DNA of 57,345 nucleotides, filler included, from Bipalium vagum (Eukaryota), in the NCBI GenBank assembly GCA_037834085.1. It is 3 parts of 3 records of this genome, joined end to end, with 100 filler letters (N's around TTAATTAATTAA, not from the genome) between each part and the next. Parts side by side here need not be neighbours in the genome. Positions count along the whole stretch, not along the records: positions 37,415 to 57,345 come from JBBMKC010261223.1; 2 more parts are not named here. The stretch is one strand, 5' to 3'. The position numbers and the translations under genes were made by a program. Shown one piece after another: positions 50,852-57,345 of this stretch. Below the pieces are notes generated by a model that was not told the origin of the DNA, searched no databases, and saw only the letters and a list, made by a program, of their open reading frames with translations. Position 1 is the first letter of the stretch. Each line of letters begins with the position of its first letter.

Positions 50852-53800
50852 TCTAAGGATGTTATCATTTAATGTTATTATTAGTATCTATTATTAGCAT
50901 AACAAATATCTATTACTAACACAACATTTGACATGTTATTTATTAATCAATGAAATTATGAATCATCACTATACTTAGGTTTTATTTGAAATATCAAATG
51001 AAAAATTGAAATTTTAGTCTTGCTGCGCCATTATTGGAAGAAATGTTTGTCTACCAGGGAATTTATTACAAAAAAATTGTAGTGTGGAAGGCGAAGACAA
51101 AGTAAGCAAGTCTACTGAATGGGTCCAACTTTTCAACCGTTGTGTAATTAAAAATTATTTTGTAAATAATTTTTTTTAACACTTCAGTCAAGAAACTTTT
51201 TAGACTATCTAGTAGATAAAATTATTTTAAAAGAAAACTAAAAAGTGTTTAAGAAATGTTTGAGGAATCAAGCAATTTGTTAATTTGACAAGTTACTCTA
51301 GAAGGAGGCATCACTGAAAGCAGTTACTATAATGCTTTTTTCAAAGGTCATGGTTATCATTATGATTATGATTATCATTTTAAATTAACCTGTTTTTTAT
51401 AAAAGTAAATAAAATTTACATTACATGGTTGATATACGTTAACTGTAAATAACCGTTAAACTTTGGTGGGAAATATATTTTACACTTCCTTGAACTCGTA
51501 TCTTTGAACACCACACCTTGCAACTATTGAACCATAACGCATTGATCTTTCAACAAAAAAATTAATAAAATCAATTAACAATAATTATTAATTAATCAAA
51601 TAACACCATTTAATTATTGAAAATTGATAATTTCTTACAGAAAATAAATAATAATAAAATTACATAATTTTTTTATGACTGCTACATTTTATGGTTCTCT
51701 AATTTCAGATGATAACTGATAAAAGACAAATTTAGACAACCTAATTTACAGCGTCTAAGGTACTAAATAGATGTCTAGACATCCTTTGAAATTTATATTA
51801 AATAAAAGCTATATTTTGCAGCTGACGCAAAGTAATTAAGACTGAATAAATATAATGAGAGGGAGATTGTGAATTTGAAAGAAAGTAATGCATTCCACAG
51901 GCTCTTCCATTAACAATTTGTAAAATGTGTAATAAAATCTACAAAGCCCAACGATATATATCTCATCATCTCCCTCTGAACGCTGGTTGCTAAGCTTAAT
52001 TAAGCTTAACAGAAATTAATATTTAATTTATATTTTTATTGTTATTTTTCTTCATTGTAATATTTTAGGTGTTTTGTGGCAATGTTTACCTTTTCATATT
52101 GTGATTTTTAAAATTTATTTTATTAATTTTTTATTAATTCTTATCATAGTTCTTCAATCTAAAAAAATTCAATGTTTAAAGTAAGCATGCGATTTTAAAA
52201 TGTAATACCGTAAAGTTAATAATAGCACAAAACTGCAAATTATTGGTACTGTGACGTTAATTTATTAAAATTTAATGTCTGTCTACAGAATGACCATTAC
52301 CTTTAATAGACCCATGTTAGCGATTTTAAATGTTTATTTATAACATTTGGACACATTTCTGGTGATATGCATACGGTTATCTTTTATATCTATACAGTTT
52401 TTATGTTAATGACCAGGTTCCATTATTTAATAAATATTATCTAGGTACATTCTTATCTTCCACTTTTAATAACTAATTTGTTCAAAAATTTTATTTTATT
52501 AGAGAACGAATGATATTATTCTAAAATTTATTATTACAATTATTTTTAAAAATTATTATTTTTAAAAATTATTATTTTTTTTATTATTATTATTACTTCA
52601 AAAACTCTTCCTATCAATAGTTTATTTAATTTTATTTTAATAACACAATTATTAAAACTCTTTGAATGATTATAATTAATAATAATTTTTTATTTATTAC
52701 TTTGAATATTTTTTGAATATTTTTTGAATCTCTTCCTTAAATTGTTGAAAAGATAAAGCCTTAAATTATTTAATCATTCAAAAGTAATAAAAATTTTAAA
52801 ATAATGAAATATTTTAGTTTTATTAAATATAAAATAATTTTCAACATTATCCTATCGAAAATAATACAACACAATTTAGAAAAATCAATTATAAATATAT
52901 TGATAATTTTGAAAAATATAAAATTACTTTAGTTCCTATATAATTTTTTTCATATCACTTCTTCATTTTATATAAAACTATTTTATCCGTAATTAATTCT
53001 CCTTATTATTATTATAATTTAGTATAATACTGTTATTGTTATCAATATGTATTTAAGAATCATTACATGTATTCTATTAATCAATAAATTGTGTTTTTAA
53101 TTTTATCAAATGAAAATATTGATAAATGAGAATATTTTATGATGTAATAATAAATCATCTATTTTTTATTCATTTTAATGCTTGTTTTACCTATGTTCTT
53201 TACATTAATAATGATTTCATAAATCTCATCACTTTCATTAATTTTTAAAATTTTATATTACCCACGATATGTACAATTATACTAACCTTTTCCTAAATAA
53301 GGCTACTGCAGGACCTGGTTTAATAAAGAAGGAGCAGTTGAAAATCTAGACCGGATAAGATCCTTAATCGTCAGCCCACTTAGTAATTCAGGGTTCAGAT
53401 CTTCTGGAATGACAAAAATCTCCGAGACATGGGTAAAGATCAGAGGTTATGACACGTCATTATCCGAATGAGCATGGATATGATGATAAAACATATTCAC
53501 TATAAGGACAAGTCCACAGTAACACCTTAAATTCATAAATCCAGATAGTGAGTCAGTGTGGTACTGTTTGTCAAACCCTGTTGCTTTACCCACGTATACC
53601 CTTTGTGGGCAGCTGGTTTACTTTATCCGGTGCTTAGAAAACGAAACTCCAATCACCTCTTAATTGGATAAAAAGCCACCAAAGAGATACCTATGTACTC
53701 ATAGGTTTAGAATAAAGATTGTATGTTAAGTTAATTGGTTCCTATTGTTTTGTGGTTTCAAGGGAAAAAATATCCCATTATACATTATAGGATGTATTAT

Positions 53801-54183
53801 TATCCAATAAATTATTTACATAATACTATAATAAGTGTTTATGCACAAAGCTTTTATTAATTATTTCAAATCTAATAAAGATTGATATACATAAAAGTTA
53901 AAACTAAGCTTCGTTTTTTTAAAGATCCATGTGTCTAAAGGGTTGTAATTTCTTTTTTTTCAAAGCCTCACTTATTTTATCTATTCAAATAATACCATTT
54001 TAATCAAATTTATATGGCTGATTAAAATAGTTCTTAAGCGTTTGAAGAGCTAATCTTCTTTTGAGATAAAATGATCTGTTATATTACCTAATATTTATGC
54101 AAAATAAACCCAAAAGTCTATCCTTCAAAATTTAAAAGCCAGGACGTGTTGTTCGGCAGATACTCTTTCAAGGAATTAACTTA

Positions 54184-54669
54184 CAAGGTGTGCCATAAGT
54201 TCCCGCGAAAATTAAGCTAATATTTCTTAAGCAGATTGAAATATTTAATCGCTTTCTTTATAAAATTAAAGACAAATCTTTTAATTTTTATTTCATATAA
54301 AAATATTTACAACAATTGTCTGAAATGACCACCATTAACTGATATACATAAATTCATCCTTTTTACAATATTTAAAAATACGATATTCAAAGTTTCTGTG
54401 GTAAAACTTTGTATTTCTTTGGTGATTTTTGTTTTTAAATCGTCAATATTTTTGATTTCAGATTTGTATATCTTATTCTTTGGCCCCATAAATAGAAGTC
54501 AATAGGAGTTAAATCTGTGATTTTGAAGACCGCCGAATTGAATCATCTCTCTCACAATCCACCTGTTCGGAAAATGAGCGACAAGATATCGTCGTAGATT
54601 TTTGAAAAATGCTCAGGAGCTCCATCTTGCTGAAATACCAGAGACCGTACTTTGTACATTTTCCTCACT
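54184..54669 (-). mobile_element. Partial second copy (3' end) of the rosa-like family at 26419-27714
   Basis: Long near-identical stretches shared with 26419-26897, such as GTTTTTAAATCGTCAATATTTTTGATTTCAGATTTGTATATCTTATTCTTT. It retains VFQQDGAP. Confidence 0.88.
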
Positions 54670-55909
54670 CGTGTAAAATTTTAGAAATATTTCTTGAATA
54701 ATTATGAATGCATTCTTTTGTTAAAAAAGTCTTAGGTGAACATATTCATGAAACATGTACTCTTCTTTAAAAACCAGCTTTAAATAAGTACTCGTCCTTC
54801 AGCAAAATGAGATTAATATGGTATAAATTATTCTAATTTAAATTAAAACATTTTTCAGATCGCAGACTGCGTTGAGGAACTTTCTATTCTGAAACCATTT
54901 TATAAATCATATTAAATCATTAATTGTTATTAATTGAATTATGATTAAACGAAGAATAAAGTTCTGTCATCAATTTCCAATAATATTATCACTTTATATT
55001 TATTTATTTATCCCATATGGATATAATTCCGATGTCAAAAAACTTTACCAGCCATAATTATATTTGTGGATTAATTTCCGGAATGCCACAAAAGCTGCCA
55101 CAACAATTTTAATTATAATTAATACTTTTTTAATTTATTAATTAAATAATTTTAAATCTCCCTTGTGATTGGTGTTTGTTGGTTTATGGATTTTGTTAAA
55201 AATACTCATTTTTTGATTGAGTTAAAATTAAAAATAAAAAGATAATTTTAATTTTTCAAAAACATGTTTTATATCATAATTATTTTTTCATCAATGTAGC
55301 ATATTGTTTTTATCTTCTCATTCTTTTTCATTTTTTCATGTAAAATTATTAACAAAATCCAAGATCCAAAAACTTTCAAACTTTATGGCTCCTACCCTTC
55401 ATTTGTAATACCATCTTGGCATTCCGTGATGTCTCCTGAACCTTTTTTTGGTCAAATTGACTTTTTCTATATATTCTTTTATTTTTATGCCTTTTTATTA
55501 TGGTTTATCTAGGTGTGTGAAATATATTTATTTTTTAAAACTTTAAAATTTATTCAAATGTACTAAAAATTCTGAAGACTTATAATTTAGGAAGAGAAGG
55601 AAAATATTTAATAAAATAATCAATAGAAAAATTTATTTTAATTTCAATAATTATTATTTATATTACAATTTGAGAAGAAATTCTCTAATTTGTAAAAAAA
55701 CCTTAGAATTATTAGTTATATAATTAATTAATTAAGATTTCTGTCTCTCAAATAATTTATTTTCCATAATTTTTAAAACATTTTATATAAATTATAAATT
55801 TTTATATTTTTAGATTTTATATATTTATTAAATTTATAATTTAAAATATAATATATTATTATTTGTTATTAGATTTAATTTTTAACTTACCATTGATTAG
55901 TTTATGAAA

Positions 55910-56105
55910 AAATATTCATAATATAACTTTTATAAAATAATTAATTAAAACAAATTATCAACTAAATTAAATAATATTAAAAGTAAATATAATAATATCA
56001 AATAATATTCAAAGTAAATATAATAATATTAAAAAATATATTAAATAATATTCAAAATAAATATAATAATATTCAAAATATAACTTTTATAAAATAATTA
56101 ATTCA
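55910..56105. repeat. Degenerate AT-rich minisatellite or local duplication
   Basis: Repeated AAATAATATTCAAAGTAAATATAATAATATT-like units, and a duplicated AATATAACTTTTATAAAATAATTAATT near 55920 and 56077. Confidence 0.65.
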
Positions 56106-57345
56106 GACAAAATATTAATTTAAAAAAATCATCAATTAAATTACAGCTGGCAAATGCTCCACCAAAGACTGAGACCCGGAGGTTTTCATCCGTAAGTTTT
56201 CGCTGGACAGCATTGAAATATTTGCAGAGATTCTCGAAAATAATTACCATATATTATTTTATTTTATTCCAAAACTTGTTGATTATAAATTCCAAAAGCT
56301 TCGAAAAGCATTAAATATTTAACACGGTTGAAACTAAATTTAAATCATATCTCAAAAAAACTCTTTATAATTTTGACAATTTATTATCCTGGGAATCAGA
56401 TTTTGCAGTCATTTTTCATTCATCATTTTGACAATGGAATATTTCCCCAGCAAAATTCGTAAGGAGAAATATTGACGAGAATTAAATTAAATCACTTTTG
56501 ATTTCGGATAAATAAACTACAATAATTATATTAATTTTAATCAATACAATATTTTGTTTTATTCATGTAAAACAACTTTTATTTTATTATTTAATATTAT
56601 ATATTTTTTATATTTTTAATATATATTTATATTATATATTTTTTATAATAATAATAATAATAATAGTAATAAAATTTTTATTAAGTGTAATTACTATTTA
56701 TAATTATTTTAATTATTTTTATAATGATTCCTTTTGTTCACCTGTGTAAATAAAAAATATTATTATTTATTATTAATAATATTATTTTATTTATATTTCT
56801 AACTCATGTCACATGTAAAAATATATTCTCACTGGAAACGAAAGAAAGATTACTGTTTATTTTTTCCCGTTATTTTTATTCCATCAACAATAAAAGTATC
56901 TGAAAAGTTTACATTTATATAATATTTTGCGAAAGTTTTTTTAATATGCAACCGGCTTTTGTCAATATGAAACTTGACGTTGAAAAGCATCCTTTGCTCA
57001 ACATATTTTACATGTACATTTTGAGCAAAAGAGTCTGTTTCATCGTAACCTTCATTGTCTTTCATGAAGTCCAAACAATTACGAATGAATGCTGTTTATT
57101 GTTCAATAATTGAATAGACGTGTTTCAAAATGGAAGAGGGCATTTCGGAAATGTTCGATTTTATTTCTTTCATCTGTCGAAAAGCCATCGCCGTCGACTT
57201 AGATCGATCGTTCATGAGATTATCATATTTAATGAATTCACAACATTAAATTACCATATACATATTTATTGTTTTTTCGATACTTCTTTAATATTTTTCC
57301 TTACGGAACTCAGTTATTATTTTTTTAAACATATATACATCTTTT

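Noticed and set aside
53040-53305. Kinase-like minus-strand fragment (YLGKG*Y...LIEYM)
   Set aside because: Multiple stops and no HRD or DFG motif; the similarity is too weak to call.
56850-57240. Minus-strand ORF with a DET motif as a transposase or host exon
   Set aside because: No second catalytic motif, TIR or convincing splice pattern; left unassigned.

Overview
This is AT-rich animal nuclear DNA, not prokaryotic. Short introns and many Tc1/mariner relics suggest a planarian-like invertebrate, which is inference only. The window is three contigs (1-20100, 20201-37314, 37415-57345) joined by artificial 100-bp linkers (44N-TTAATTAATTAA-44N). Contig 1 holds a decayed Polinton/adintovirus-type PLA2-plus-integrase segment and the 5' part of an intron-split MROH1 gene. 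Contig 2 holds the 3' part of WDFY3/ALFY (PH-BEACH-WD40-FYVE). Most long introns contain transposon relics. Contig 3 has no recognisable host gene but carries the best finding: a complete 300-bp non-autonomous LTR retrotransposon (TRIM, 42653-42952). It has a 5-bp TSD, a tRNA-Arg-type PBS and a PPT, and its LTR is built around a tRNA-Ala-derived Pol III cassette inside an inverted repeat. Contig 3 also has an intron-containing Merlin transposase flanked by same-orientation 30-bp repeat arrays. All calls come from manual reading and translation; no searches were run.
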